Under the pieces are notes generated by a model. It ran no database searches. It was not told where the DNA came from and was given only the letters and a program-made list of their open reading frames with translations. The position numbers and the translations under genes were made by a program. A stretch of 64,000 nucleotides of DNA from Chloroflexota bacterium (GTDB taxonomy: Bacteria; Chloroflexota; UBA11872; UBA12225): contig JAUJOR010000010.1 of NCBI GenBank assembly GCA_030447525.1, positions 141,113-205,112 of the forward strand, in the 5' to 3' direction. This document shows, one piece after another, positions 29,426 to 38,790 of the stretch (the first letter of the stretch is position 1; every line of letters begins with the position of its first letter).

Positions 29426-30413
29426 ATGCCGAAGGCGAAGCCGGTTGATCCGCTCGAACTGACCACCAGCAGCATCGCGAAGTTCTTCTCTACGGAAGAG
29501 GACGCGTGGCTGATGGTGGAGCGGCTGCGCTGGCCTACGGGCACGGTCTGCCCGCACTGCGGCGTGATCGGCAATGCGACCTACCTCACGCCGAAGTCCG
29601 GCTATCGGACGACGCGGGCGGGCAACACGTCCTACCGTCGCGTATGGCAGTGCCGTGAGCGGGAATGCGGGCAACAGTTCAGCGTGCTCGTGAACACGGT
29701 GATGGAAGACACCAAGATCCCGGTGAGCAAGTGGCTGCTGGCGATGCACATGCTGTCCGCCGGCAAGAACGGCGTCTCCGCCCACGAGCTGCACCGGACG
29801 CTCGGCATCACCTACAAGAGCGCGTGGTTCATGGCCCACCGCATCCGCTACGCGATGGCGGAACCGGCGCGCGTCCTGTTGGGCGGCGTCGTAGAGGCCG
29901 ACGAGACCTACGTCGGCGGGCGCATCAAGCGGGCGCACGGTACCCCTAAGTCAAACAAGACTCCCGTCGTGACGCTGGTGAGCCGCGACGGCGAGGCGCG
30001 CTCCCAAGTCATGCACGCCGTGACGGGCGCGAACATCGGGCGGGTGCTCACGGAGCACGTTGCGCCGAGTGCCACGCTGATGACCGATGAGGCTTCCTTA
30101 TAGAGCCGGGTCGCGGGTTCGCCGGCCACGAGACGGTCAACCACAGCGCCGACGAGTATGTACGCGGGAGCGCCTACACCAACACCGTCGAAGGGTTCTT
30201 CAGCCAGCTGAAGCGCAGCATCGACGGGACGCACCACCACGTCAGCGAGTGGCACCTACACCGCTACTTGGCCGAATTTGACTTCCGCTACAATGCGCGC
30301 AAGATCAAGGACGGCGAGCGCACGGAACGTGCCTTTCAACAGGTGGCTGGAAAGCGGTTGATGTACCGGGACTCGTTGGGCGCCGCCGGATCGCCGCTGT
30401 CACGGTAGCGGCG
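29426..30413 (+). pseudogene. IS1595/ISXO2-like transposase with a single frameshift near 30100
   Basis: The N-terminal Zn-ribbon is WPTGTVCPHCGV...WQCRERECGQQF, followed by VEADETYVGG. After LMTDEASL there is a stop, and the protein continues in the +2 frame as FAGHETVNHSADEYVRGSAYTNTVEGFFSQLKRSIDGTHHHVSEWHLHRYLAEFDFRYNARK. Confidence 0.7.
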
Positions 30414-30428
30414 GGGGAGTGGACGCGC

Positions 30429-30635
30429 ATGGCGAAGCAAATCGGGCTGCATTTGGAGGGGGGCATGATATCTGCCCAGGTCTACCACCAGAAGGTGGGG
30501 GATTTCCTCGACATGCTCCGTGCCATAGACCGGAACGTTACCGAGGATATGGCTCCTGAATCCGATGCCCAGACCTCTATTACGTGGCTCGTGGAGAACG
30601 TGAGGAAGGGCAGCCTCGATCTGGCGCTCCAATGA
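30429..30635 (+). CDS. Hypothetical small protein, passenger of the IS1595-like element
   Basis: 68-aa ORF with no recognisable family. It overlaps the next ORF by a few nucleotides. Confidence 0.25.
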   Translation: MAKQIGLHLEGGMISAQVYHQKVGDFLDMLRAIDRNVTEDMAPESDAQTSITWLVENVRKGSLDLALQ

Positions 30636-30639
30636 CGGC

Positions 30640-31173
30640 GTGCTGGCGGCAGCCGTTGTCACTCCGCAAAAGCGCATTGTGCTCACCGACGACGTGAGAA
30701 CGAACCTGAACCGGTTCCTCCGTCCGGTGTTCTCTCACTATGGCTCCATTGAGGGCATCCTAGAGATGGTTTCCGTCGCCGGTGGCCCGCATTTCACTAT
30801 CCGTGATCGATTGAGCGGGCGGTCTATCCGATGCACAGTCCAGCAGGGCCGCGCGCGGGAAGTCGCCGGATTCTTGGAGCAGCGGGTCAGCGTAACCGGC
30901 CGCGTGCGAACTAACGAACTTGGTGGCGTGGTCAACGTGACGATGGAGGAAATTGAGCCGATCTCTCGTTCGAGGAAGCGGTTAAGCGGCTGCTCCAGGC
31001 GCCGCCCGTCTCGAACGAGGAACTGCTGGAAAAGACACGCCGCCCCCGGCGCAAGAATGCCGATCCGCGTCCGAACTAGCCCCCTCTGGTACTGTGTCAA
31101 GTATATAATCACCAGCCAACACGCTGCAGGCGGCCCTGGCGTTGATCATCCCGGCCCGCAAGTCGCAGTTTGA
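30640..31173 (+). CDS. Hypothetical protein, passenger of the IS1595-like element; the 3' end is uncertain
   Basis: 177-aa ORF whose last about 20 codons run through the right inverted repeat. It may form one product with the 30429 ORF after frameshift or coupling. Confidence 0.25.
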   Translation: MLAAAVVTPQKRIVLTDDVRTNLNRFLRPVFSHYGSIEGILEMVSVAGGPHFTIRDRLSGRSIRCTVQQGRAREVAGFLEQRVSVTGRVRTNELGGVVNVTMEEIEPISRSRKRLSGCSRRRPSRTRNCWKRHAAPGARMPIRVRTSPLWYCVKYIITSQHAAGGPGVDHPGPQVAV

Positions 31174-31411
31174 TGCCTGGACGAAGATCGCACCGGGCAA
31201 GAACCTCAAGAGCGCGCTACCCACCGACGTCGCCCGGCCGGACCCGGGCGCGGGGTGGCCCAGGGCCGCCGAGGTCAGCGCCGCGTCAATCCCATCATGC
31301 AGAATCTCTTCGATAAGATAAGAAGGAGATCTCGGTGCCGGATGCCCTCAAGCAGGCCCAGGACGCGAAGGTGGGCATCCTCGGCCCGGCGGCGGGCAAG
31401 TAGCGGGGGAG
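31114..31411 (+). pseudogene. C-terminal remnant of a sugar ABC SBP gene truncated by the IS insertions
   Basis: SBP-tail motifs in two frames (TLQAALALIIPARKSQFDAWTKIAPGKNLKSALP, then VPDALKQAQDAKVGILGPAAGK with a stop). There is no 5' part. Confidence 0.4.
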
Positions 31412-33103
31412 ATGCGCCTGCTGATAACGGGTGGTCAGAGCATGCTGGCGGGGGCCCTGGCCGACACGCTCGCCGGGGAGCACGGTGTACGACTCGTCGC
31501 TACCGAACACGCCGCCCTCGACGTCGCGCCCGGCGACCATGAGCTGCTGCGCGGCGATCTACGGGACTCCGGCTTCGCCCAGCGCGCGGTGGAGGGGGTC
31601 GACGCCATTCTGCACCTGGCGCCGCTGTGGTCGGGGCTCCCGCCGGACACAGCGGACGAGGTGCGGATCGATTGCGCCACGCGCGGGACGTACGTCCTGC
31701 TCAACGCCGCCGTCGCGGCCGGGGTGCGGCGAGTGGTGCTCGCCAGCACGCTCGACCTCTTCGCCGCCTACCCCAGCGACTGGTACGTGGGCGAGTCGTG
31801 GCGGCCCCGCCCCACAACCGATGTGACGCAGCTGGCGGCCTCGCTGGCGGAGGCCTCGGCCCGCGAGATCAGCCGGGTCGAGCCGCTGCACACCGTCTGC
31901 CTGCGCCTCGGGGAGGTCGTCGACGACCAGGACGTGGCAGGCACGCCGTACGACCCGCGGTGGCTGCACGTGGCCGACGCGGTACAGGCCTTCCGGCGCG
32001 CGCTGGCGTTCGGACTCGGCTCACGACAGTTCGCCACCACCGGTCCGCCGCTGCACGGCTGGTGGGTCTTCCACATCCCCGGCGGCGGCGCGCGGACGCA
32101 GGTGCCGCTGGCCTGGGCGCGCCACGAGCTGTTCGGGTACGCGCCCCAGCACACCTTCGCCTCTTCTCAAGACCAGATCGCGCCGCAGAACACCGCCCGC
32201 TCCTGGGGCGCCGCGGGCGCTCCTGACTCCTCGGCCACGCCGCCTCACGTGACGCGAGGTGTACCTCGCAAGACGACCGCGTCCCGTCCTATCCGCCGTG
32301 TCGTGGTCTTCGGCGCGGGCGGGCCGCTGGCCGCGGCCACGACGCCGCTGCTGACCGCTTCATACACGCTGCGGGCGACCGACCTGCGGTCGCTGCACGC
32401 CATCGCCGCTGACCCCAGGACGGCGGCGCCCGGGCGGCCGGTGCCGCCACTCCTGGCGCCACCGCACGAGATGCGCCAGGTGGACGTGACCGATCCGGCG
32501 CAGGTCATGGCGGCGTGCGCCGGGATGGACGCCATCGTGAACTGCTCGGTGGTGCGCCCCCACCCGGTGAACGCCTTTCTGGTCAACACCATCGGCGCGT
32601 ACAACATCGCCCGCGCCGCCGTGGCGCACGACATCCGGCGGGTGGTGCAGACGGGGCCGCAGCAGGTGACGATGGACCGCCCCGGCGGGTACTGGTGGGA
32701 CTTCGACGTGCCAGACGACGCGCCGGCGCGCCCGGGATCGCTGCTCTACAGCCACAGCAAGTACCTGGGGCAGGAGATCCTACGGATCTTCGCCGAGAAC
32801 CACGGCCTGGAGGTCCCGGTGCTGCTCTTCTCGCGCTTCGTAGATCCCGAGGTGAACCGTCCCAACATTGACGGCATGTTCCCGATGACGGTGTCGTGGC
32901 GGGACGCCGCCCTCGCCATCCGCTGCGCCTTGGAGGTGCCATCGCTGCCGGCGCCGTGCGAGGTGTTCCACATCCTGGCCGATCTACTGCACGGGAAGTA
33001 CCGCAACGAGAAGGCCAAACGGCTGCTGGGCTGGCAGCCCCGGGACACGCTGGAGCACCTCTGGGGCCGCCGTCACACCCTGGAAGAAGAAGCGGCCCGC
33101 TGA
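31412..33103 (+). CDS. Tandem fusion of two NAD-dependent epimerase/dehydratase (extended SDR) domains
   Basis: 563 aa. Domain 1 (MRLLITGGQSMLAGALADTL...) has a Rossmann fold. Domain 2 starts at about aa 290 (RRVVVFGAGGPLAAA...) and has the YxxxK catalytic motif YSHSKYLGQE. The start is preceded by GGGGGAG. Confidence 0.55.
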   Translation: MRLLITGGQSMLAGALADTLAGEHGVRLVATEHAALDVAPGDHELLRGDLRDSGFAQRAVEGVDAILHLAPLWSGLPPDTADEVRIDCATRGTYVLLNAAVAAGVRRVVLASTLDLFAAYPSDWYVGESWRPRPTTDVTQLAASLAEASAREISRVEPLHTVCLRLGEVVDDQDVAGTPYDPRWLHVADAVQAFRRALAFGLGSRQFATTGPPLHGWWVFHIPGGGARTQVPLAWARHELFGYAPQHTFASSQDQIAPQNTARSWGAAGAPDSSATPPHVTRGVPRKTTASRPIRRVVVFGAGGPLAAATTPLLTASYTLRATDLRSLHAIAADPRTAAPGRPVPPLLAPPHEMRQVDVTDPAQVMAACAGMDAIVNCSVVRPHPVNAFLVNTIGAYNIARAAVAHDIRRVVQTGPQQVTMDRPGGYWWDFDVPDDAPARPGSLLYSHSKYLGQEILRIFAENHGLEVPVLLFSRFVDPEVNRPNIDGMFPMTVSWRDAALAIRCALEVPSLPAPCEVFHILADLLHGKYRNEKAKRLLGWQPRDTLEHLWGRRHTLEEEAAR

Positions 33104-33192
33104 CCACCTGGCGCAGCTCTCTGAGTCCCAGAGCGGGGAGGTGCGTATCCTAAGGGCCATCCAGCCGATGCGCTGCGTGGGGAGGAACCGAA

Positions 33193-34533
33193 TTGAGACG
33201 GGGTGATGGCCAGACGATCGCCGAGCCGGCGCGGTCGGTGCCGGTGTACGGGAGCTGCGACGTGCTGGTGGTCGGCGGCGGCCCGGCCGGGTTCGCGGCG
33301 GCGGTGGCCGCCGCCCGCGAGGGGGCGGACGTGGTGCTCATCGAGCGCTACGGCCACCTCCGCGGGCTGGCCACCGGCGGGCTGGTCTTCTGGATCGACC
33401 GCATGACCGACTGGGGCGGCCACCTGGTGGTGGCCGGCATCGGGCAGGAGCTGATGGACCGCTGTGGCCAGGACGCCATCCTGGGACCGCCGCGGGAGCT
33501 GTGGGGGTCCGGCGACAAGGAGGCGGTGGCCTACTGGGGCATCCGCGCCAGCGCCCACCGCGGGGTGGTCACCTGGGCCCCCACCGTCGACCCGGAGCTG
33601 ATGAAGTGCGTCTCCAACGACATGGTGCGCGAGGCCGGCGTGCACACCCTCTTCCACTGCTGGGCCGTCGCCGCCATCCACGACGCCGGGCGCGTCCGGG
33701 GCGCAATCTTCGAGAGCAAGGAGGGGCGCTTCGCCCTGCTGGCGCGGGTGACGATCGACGCCTCGGGCGACGGCGACGTCTTCGCCGCCGCCGGCGCGGA
33801 CTACGAGAGCGACTTCGACAGCCAGACCATCCACGCCCGGGTGAACACCAGCTTCCGCTTCGGCAACGTGGACATGCCTCGCTACCTGGACTTCAAGCTG
33901 AACCAGGCGTCGGAGCACAACGAGCTGCTGCGTCGAGGGGCCGCCGCGGGGGTGGAGCTGCGCGTCCACGCCACGGCCTACGACTCCGTGGCCCTGTTCA
34001 TGACCCCCAAGTTCTCGGGGTACTCGGCGCTCAAGGTGGCCGATCTGACGGCGGTGGAGTTCCGCTCGCGCGACGCCATGCGCCAGGGCCTGGCCTGGTT
34101 CCGCGCCCACGTCCCCGGGTTCGAGCGGGCCTGGATCCTGGACACGGCGCCCCAGGTGGGCACGCGCCACACACGCCGCCTGGCCGGCGTCACGCGGGTG
34201 ACCCTTGACCACTGGCGGGCGAGCGGGCGCTACCCGGACGCCATCGGCCTCTGCCCCGGACTGACGCCCGAGTTCCCGACGCTGGAGATCCCCTACGGCT
34301 GCCTCGTGCCCCAGCGCCTGGACGGCGTCCTGGCCGCCGGGCGGAACCTCTCCGCCGACCCGCCGTCGCACAACCCGCTGCGCGAGGTGCCGGAGTGCTG
34401 GGTGATGGGCCAGGGTGCGGGTCTGGCCGCCGCCCTGGCCGTGCGGAATGACGTCTCCCTGCGCGACGTGCCCATGTCCGAACTCCAGCAGAAGCTCCGC
34501 CGGCAGGGCGCCGTCGTCGACCCGCCGGCCTGA
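33193..34533 (+). CDS. FAD-dependent oxidoreductase (pfam12831-like, typical of polysaccharide-utilisation loci)
   Basis: DVLVVGGGPAGFAAAVAAAREGADVVLIER is a dinucleotide-binding motif. The TTG start is preceded by GGGAGGA. Length is 446 aa. Confidence 0.65.
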   Translation: MRRGDGQTIAEPARSVPVYGSCDVLVVGGGPAGFAAAVAAAREGADVVLIERYGHLRGLATGGLVFWIDRMTDWGGHLVVAGIGQELMDRCGQDAILGPPRELWGSGDKEAVAYWGIRASAHRGVVTWAPTVDPELMKCVSNDMVREAGVHTLFHCWAVAAIHDAGRVRGAIFESKEGRFALLARVTIDASGDGDVFAAAGADYESDFDSQTIHARVNTSFRFGNVDMPRYLDFKLNQASEHNELLRRGAAAGVELRVHATAYDSVALFMTPKFSGYSALKVADLTAVEFRSRDAMRQGLAWFRAHVPGFERAWILDTAPQVGTRHTRRLAGVTRVTLDHWRASGRYPDAIGLCPGLTPEFPTLEIPYGCLVPQRLDGVLAAGRNLSADPPSHNPLREVPECWVMGQGAGLAAALAVRNDVSLRDVPMSELQQKLRRQGAVVDPPA

Positions 34534-34777
34534 CGCGCCGGGGTTTTTGGCCGGTGCCTGGATCGGCCGGTGCCTGGATCACTCAACGTCCCATCGGAAG
34601 GCCACGTCAGTGGCTGTCTTGAGCACCCCGGGCCACGATCTGTAGTACGCTCGAGCCGCTGTCCGCCCGGGCGCTGAAACGGGGAGACCGCGCCGCACGT
34701 GAGCGGCGGGCGACCGGCGCCGCTTGTGGCCGGCGCTGTCCGGGGGCACAATGCCTCAAGAGAGGGGCACCACATCC

Positions 34778-36115
34778 ATGAACCGGATCGAGCAGCAGAT
34801 GAAACGACACCTGAGTCGCCGGAAGGCCATTGGCGGCGCAGCGGCGATGGCGGGCGTTATCGGCGCCGCCTGCACGGGTACGGCCGGCCCGGAATCGAGA
34901 GCGACCGGGAGTGAGACCGAAGCCGGTGAGGTGGAGTGGTCGCAGTGGGGGAGCAACGCCGACTTCGCCATTGCGCAGGCGCAGGTCGACGCCTACAACG
35001 CCACGCGGCCGAAGCTGCCGGTGCGCGCCAACCTCCTCACCGGCAACTACCTCGAGAAGCTGCGGGCCATGGTGTCCGCCGGCAGCCCTCCGGACCTCCA
35101 GCACCACAACTCCGGCCAGTTCGAGGCGCTCTCCGCCACCAAGGCCTTTTTCGACCTGGACCCCCTGATCAAGCGCGACAAGTACCGTCTGGACGACATC
35201 TACCCTGCCTTCCAGGACGGCGTGAAGTTCGGGGGCAAGATGTTCGCCCTGCCCACCACGGGCGCCAACATCCTGCTGTTCTACAACCGCACCCTGTTCG
35301 ACAAGGCCGGCCGGAAGTACCCCACGCCAGAGTGGGGCTGGCGCGACCTGGAGGAGGCGGCACGGGCGCTCACCAACTCCGCCGGCGCCGACCAGACGTG
35401 GGGGTTCCACGTGCGCAACTCCGTCTCCAACTGGGCGTCCACCATCTGGCAAAACGGAGGCGAGATCTGGAACGCCGACATGACTCGGTGCCTGATCAAC
35501 GAGCCGGCCGCGGTGGAGGCGTTGGAGTTCTTCTACGGCCTCAAGACCAGGCACAATGCCTCCCCGCCGCCGGACGTGCTCACGGCCGGCGGGGGCGAGC
35601 GGGGCCTGTTCATGGCCGGCAAGCTGGCCATCAACCCCACCGGGGCCCACCAGCGCTTCGAGTACGTGGCCATCGACGGCTTCCAGTGGGACCTGCAAGT
35701 GCTGCAGCAGGGAAAGAAGCGCACGAACATCCTGTTCACCGACATGGAGGCGATCGACGCCGGCACGACACGCCCGCAAGCAACCTGGGAGTTCCTGAAG
35801 TGGCTCGTGGCCGACCCGGGGCAGGAGATCCGGGCGGACAAGGTGCGGGCCATCCCCTCCAGCCGCAAGTACGTGGAGACGGCGGCCTTCCGCAACAACC
35901 CGGCGGGGAAGAACAACAAGGCTATCGCCGACGACATGCCCCACGGGCGCGTCCCGCCGAACGCCAACTCACTGTTCTTTGAGCTCAACGAGCGCTGGAA
36001 CCCGGAGCTCCTGGCGCTCTACAACGGCACCAGGCCGGCCAAGGCCGTGGCCGAGGCGATGGCGGAGCAGACGAACGCCCTGCTCAAGACGTCAGGGGGC
36101 AAGGCCCTAAAGTAA
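34778..36115 (+). CDS. ABC transporter sugar-binding protein (Tat-lipoprotein)
   Basis: MNRIEQQMKRHLSRRKAIGGAAAMAGVIGAACTG is a Tat/lipobox signal, with AGAGAGGGG as SD. The protein has the family-1 SBP fold. Confidence 0.8.
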   Translation: MNRIEQQMKRHLSRRKAIGGAAAMAGVIGAACTGTAGPESRATGSETEAGEVEWSQWGSNADFAIAQAQVDAYNATRPKLPVRANLLTGNYLEKLRAMVSAGSPPDLQHHNSGQFEALSATKAFFDLDPLIKRDKYRLDDIYPAFQDGVKFGGKMFALPTTGANILLFYNRTLFDKAGRKYPTPEWGWRDLEEAARALTNSAGADQTWGFHVRNSVSNWASTIWQNGGEIWNADMTRCLINEPAAVEALEFFYGLKTRHNASPPPDVLTAGGGERGLFMAGKLAINPTGAHQRFEYVAIDGFQWDLQVLQQGKKRTNILFTDMEAIDAGTTRPQATWEFLKWLVADPGQEIRADKVRAIPSSRKYVETAAFRNNPAGKNNKAIADDMPHGRVPPNANSLFFELNERWNPELLALYNGTRPAKAVAEAMAEQTNALLKTSGGKALK

Positions 36116-36141
36116 GGCCAAGCCGCGCGACCGCGTAGGAA

Positions 36142-37461
36142 ATGCGAGAGGAGTCGAAGTTGACAGACCGCATCATGCACCGCCGGGGGATACTGGGTCT
36201 GCTCGCCAGCGCGCCGATCATCGCCGCCTGCGGCACGGCGGACGGGCCACGGGCACCCACGGCCGCGCGCCGCCCGGCGACTCTGGACTTCCTTCACGCC
36301 GATGGCCCGCCCCAGAAAGAGAAGCTGGAGCGCATCGCCGAGGGCTTCAAGGCCAAGAACGCCGGCTCGCAGATCAATGTCATCTACACGCCGTGGGGCG
36401 AGTTCGAGACCAAGATCGTCGCCTTGCACACCGCCGGCACGCCGCCGGACTTCCACCAGATCGACGACGACGCCGTCCCCTTCTTCGCCATGCGCGACCT
36501 CCTCCTGCCGGCAGACGCGCTCCTGAAGGAGCACGCCATCAACCGCGGCGACTACCACAAGATGATCTGGGACCTGACCACGGTACAGGGCAAGGTGATG
36601 GCCCTCACCCTGGCCCTCAAGCCGCGGGCCTACCTCTACAACCGCGACCTGTTCGACCAGGCGGGCATCAAGGCCCCCACTACCTGGGCGCAGGCCTGGT
36701 CGGCCGACCAGCTGCAAGAGCACGCCCGCAAGCTCACCCAGGGCGACGTGTGGGGCTACATGTGGGACTATTGGATCTGGGACTCCATCCCAGCCATGAA
36801 CGGCGGCGACCATTTCTCGCCGACCTGGACGGAGTACCTCATCCCCCGCTACGCCGACGCCTACCAGTGGATCGCCGACCTGGCCTACAAGCAGCGCGTC
36901 GCCCCGCCGCCGGACGTGCGCCGGCAGCCCGGCGGGGAGCGCCAGATGTTCACCAACGGGAAGCTGGCCATCTGGAACACCACCATCTCGGTGGCCCGGC
37001 AGCTCAACGACGCCAAGGACCTGCGCTGGGACGTCATGCCCGTGGCCAAGCTGCTGCAGAGTGCCAAGGCCGAGGCCAGCCTGTTCACCTTCTCCATGGC
37101 CAAGGCGACCAAAGACCCGGCCGGGACGGCGGCGTTCGCGTCCTACTTCATGACCGACGCGGCGCAGGAGATCATGGCCGAGGGCGGCGACCTGATGCCG
37201 GTGAAGACCAGCGTCCAGAACTCCAAGGCCTTCCTCGATCCGGCCCGGCAGCCGCAGCAGGCCAAGGTGTGGATCGAGTCGCTCGAGCACCAGGGGCGCT
37301 GGCCCTTCCTCTACAACGGCATCGAGCTGCGGGACGAGGTCCGGCCGGCGGTGGACCTGATCTGGAACGGCCAGGCGCAGGCCAAGGAGGCCCTGGAGGG
37401 GGTGCGTCCCAGGATCATGGAGCTGCTCAAGGTCTCCCAAGAAAAGATGAATCGGCGCTGA
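36142..37461 (+). CDS. ABC transporter sugar-binding protein
   Basis: It has a lipoprotein signal (ILGLLASAPIIAACG) and SBP motifs. An alternative TTG start at 36161 has a better SD. Confidence 0.75.
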   Translation: MREESKLTDRIMHRRGILGLLASAPIIAACGTADGPRAPTAARRPATLDFLHADGPPQKEKLERIAEGFKAKNAGSQINVIYTPWGEFETKIVALHTAGTPPDFHQIDDDAVPFFAMRDLLLPADALLKEHAINRGDYHKMIWDLTTVQGKVMALTLALKPRAYLYNRDLFDQAGIKAPTTWAQAWSADQLQEHARKLTQGDVWGYMWDYWIWDSIPAMNGGDHFSPTWTEYLIPRYADAYQWIADLAYKQRVAPPPDVRRQPGGERQMFTNGKLAIWNTTISVARQLNDAKDLRWDVMPVAKLLQSAKAEASLFTFSMAKATKDPAGTAAFASYFMTDAAQEIMAEGGDLMPVKTSVQNSKAFLDPARQPQQAKVWIESLEHQGRWPFLYNGIELRDEVRPAVDLIWNGQAQAKEALEGVRPRIMELLKVSQEKMNRR

Positions 37462-37529
37462 GGCACCCGCCTGACGCCCTGGTCCCTGGTGGACGCACCC
37501 ACCTGAATCCTCCAACGGAGAGTACGGCC

Positions 37530-38705
37530 ATGACAGCGAATGCCCAGTTTCCGGCGCCCTTCTCGTTCGGCACGCCGGCGGAGGTGGTCTTCGGCATGGG
37601 GACGGTGCGCGCCGCCGGCCAGCGCGTAGCCGCCCTCGGCGTGCGCCGGGCGCTCTTCCTGGTCGATCAGGGCGTCCTGGCCGGCGGCCTGACGACGCCG
37701 GTCGAGGACTCCCTGCGGGCCGCCGGTGTGGAGTGGGAGACGTTCGACGGCGTCACCGGCGAGCCGACGGACCGCTCCGTGCAGGCGGCGCTCGACCGCG
37801 CGGACAGCCTCCGCCCGGATGGGATCGTCGCCATGGGGGGCGGCTCGGCGCTGGACACCGCCAAGGCCGTGGCGCTCGTCGGCGCCAACGGCGGGACGGT
37901 GCTGGAGTACCTCAACCGGGAGCGCACGGCCGAGCGGGCGGGTGTCCCCGTTGTGGCCATTCCGACGACGTCGGGCACCGGGGCCGAGGTCACGCCCATC
38001 TCCGTGATCATCGACGTCGACCGGCGCTTCAAAGGGGGCATCTCCGGGCCCCAGCTGATGCCCCGGCTGGCCGTCTGCGATCCCGAGCTGACGCTGGGAC
38101 TCCCTCCCAGCGTGACCGCCAATAGCGGCATCGACGCCCTGACGCACTGCCTGGAGTGCTACGCCAACACCGCCTTCCACCCCTACGCCAAGCTGCTGGC
38201 CCTGGAGGGCGTCCGCGTCATCGGCCGGCACCTGCGCCGCGCCGTGGTCCACGGCGGCGACCCGGCGGCCCGCTGGGGGATGATGTGGGGCGCCAACCTG
38301 GGCGGGCTGTGCATCGCCCGCGCCGGCACCGGGGACGTCCACGCCTTCGCCGGGCCGGTGAGCGGGATGTTCGGCGTGCCCCACGGGCGGGCTAACGCCA
38401 TCCTGCTGCCCCACGTCATGGCCTTCAGCCTGCCCGGGGCGATCGAGCCGTACGCAGACGTGGCAGCGGCGCTCGGCGAGCCCATTGCCGGGCTCTCGCG
38501 GGTCGCCGCCGCCGAGCGGGCGGTGGACGCCGTGCGGCGCCTGATCGCCGACGCTGGCGGGCCCCTGCGCCTCGCCGATTGCGGCGTCCAGGAGGGTGAC
38601 CTGGCCGCGCTCGCCCGCGACGGCTTCGGGCGTGGCAACCGTGCCATCAACCCGCGCGTCGCCACCGAGGAGGACGTCGCCGCCATCTACCGCGCCGCGC
38701 TGTGA
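37530..38705 (+). CDS. Iron-containing alcohol dehydrogenase family protein
   Basis: GGGSALDTAKA and the His-rich metal site (ALTHCLECY, HGRANAILLPHV) are present. The ATG at 37530 is preceded by GGAGAG. It lies inside a spurious longer ORF-track frame. Confidence 0.75.
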   Translation: MTANAQFPAPFSFGTPAEVVFGMGTVRAAGQRVAALGVRRALFLVDQGVLAGGLTTPVEDSLRAAGVEWETFDGVTGEPTDRSVQAALDRADSLRPDGIVAMGGGSALDTAKAVALVGANGGTVLEYLNRERTAERAGVPVVAIPTTSGTGAEVTPISVIIDVDRRFKGGISGPQLMPRLAVCDPELTLGLPPSVTANSGIDALTHCLECYANTAFHPYAKLLALEGVRVIGRHLRRAVVHGGDPAARWGMMWGANLGGLCIARAGTGDVHAFAGPVSGMFGVPHGRANAILLPHVMAFSLPGAIEPYADVAAALGEPIAGLSRVAAAERAVDAVRRLIADAGGPLRLADCGVQEGDLAALARDGFGRGNRAINPRVATEEDVAAIYRAAL

Positions 38706-38707
38706 AC

Positions 38708-38730
38708 GGCGCCACGTGCAATGGCGCTGG
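38708..38730. terminator. Candidate bidirectional stem-loop between the convergent Fe-ADH and SDR genes
   Basis: GGCGCCAcgtgcaaTGGCGCt has a 6-7 bp GC stem. No clear U-tract, as expected in a high-GC genome. Confidence 0.2.
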
Positions 38731-38790
38731 GGCACCCACCTTGAACGGGGGGCTACATCGTCGAGCGCCGCACTGTGAGCGCTGCGCCCT

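Larger units (their letters stand above)
29352..31113 (+). mobile_element. IS1595-family (ISXO2-like) element carrying passenger ORFs; lower GC than its surroundings
   Basis: The 26-bp terminal inverted repeats are TGGTGATTATATACTTGACGCAGTA at 29351-29376 and its reverse complement at 31089-31113, with 1 mismatch. The transposase has an N-terminal Zn-ribbon and a DDE_Tnp_IS1595 domain. Local GC visibly drops. Confidence 0.65.

Noticed and set aside
36393-37529. Long plus-strand frame preceding the Fe-ADH gene
   Set aside because: It is out-of-frame read-through of the SBP gene at 36142-37461. The real ADH starts at the ATG at 37530, which has a good SD.
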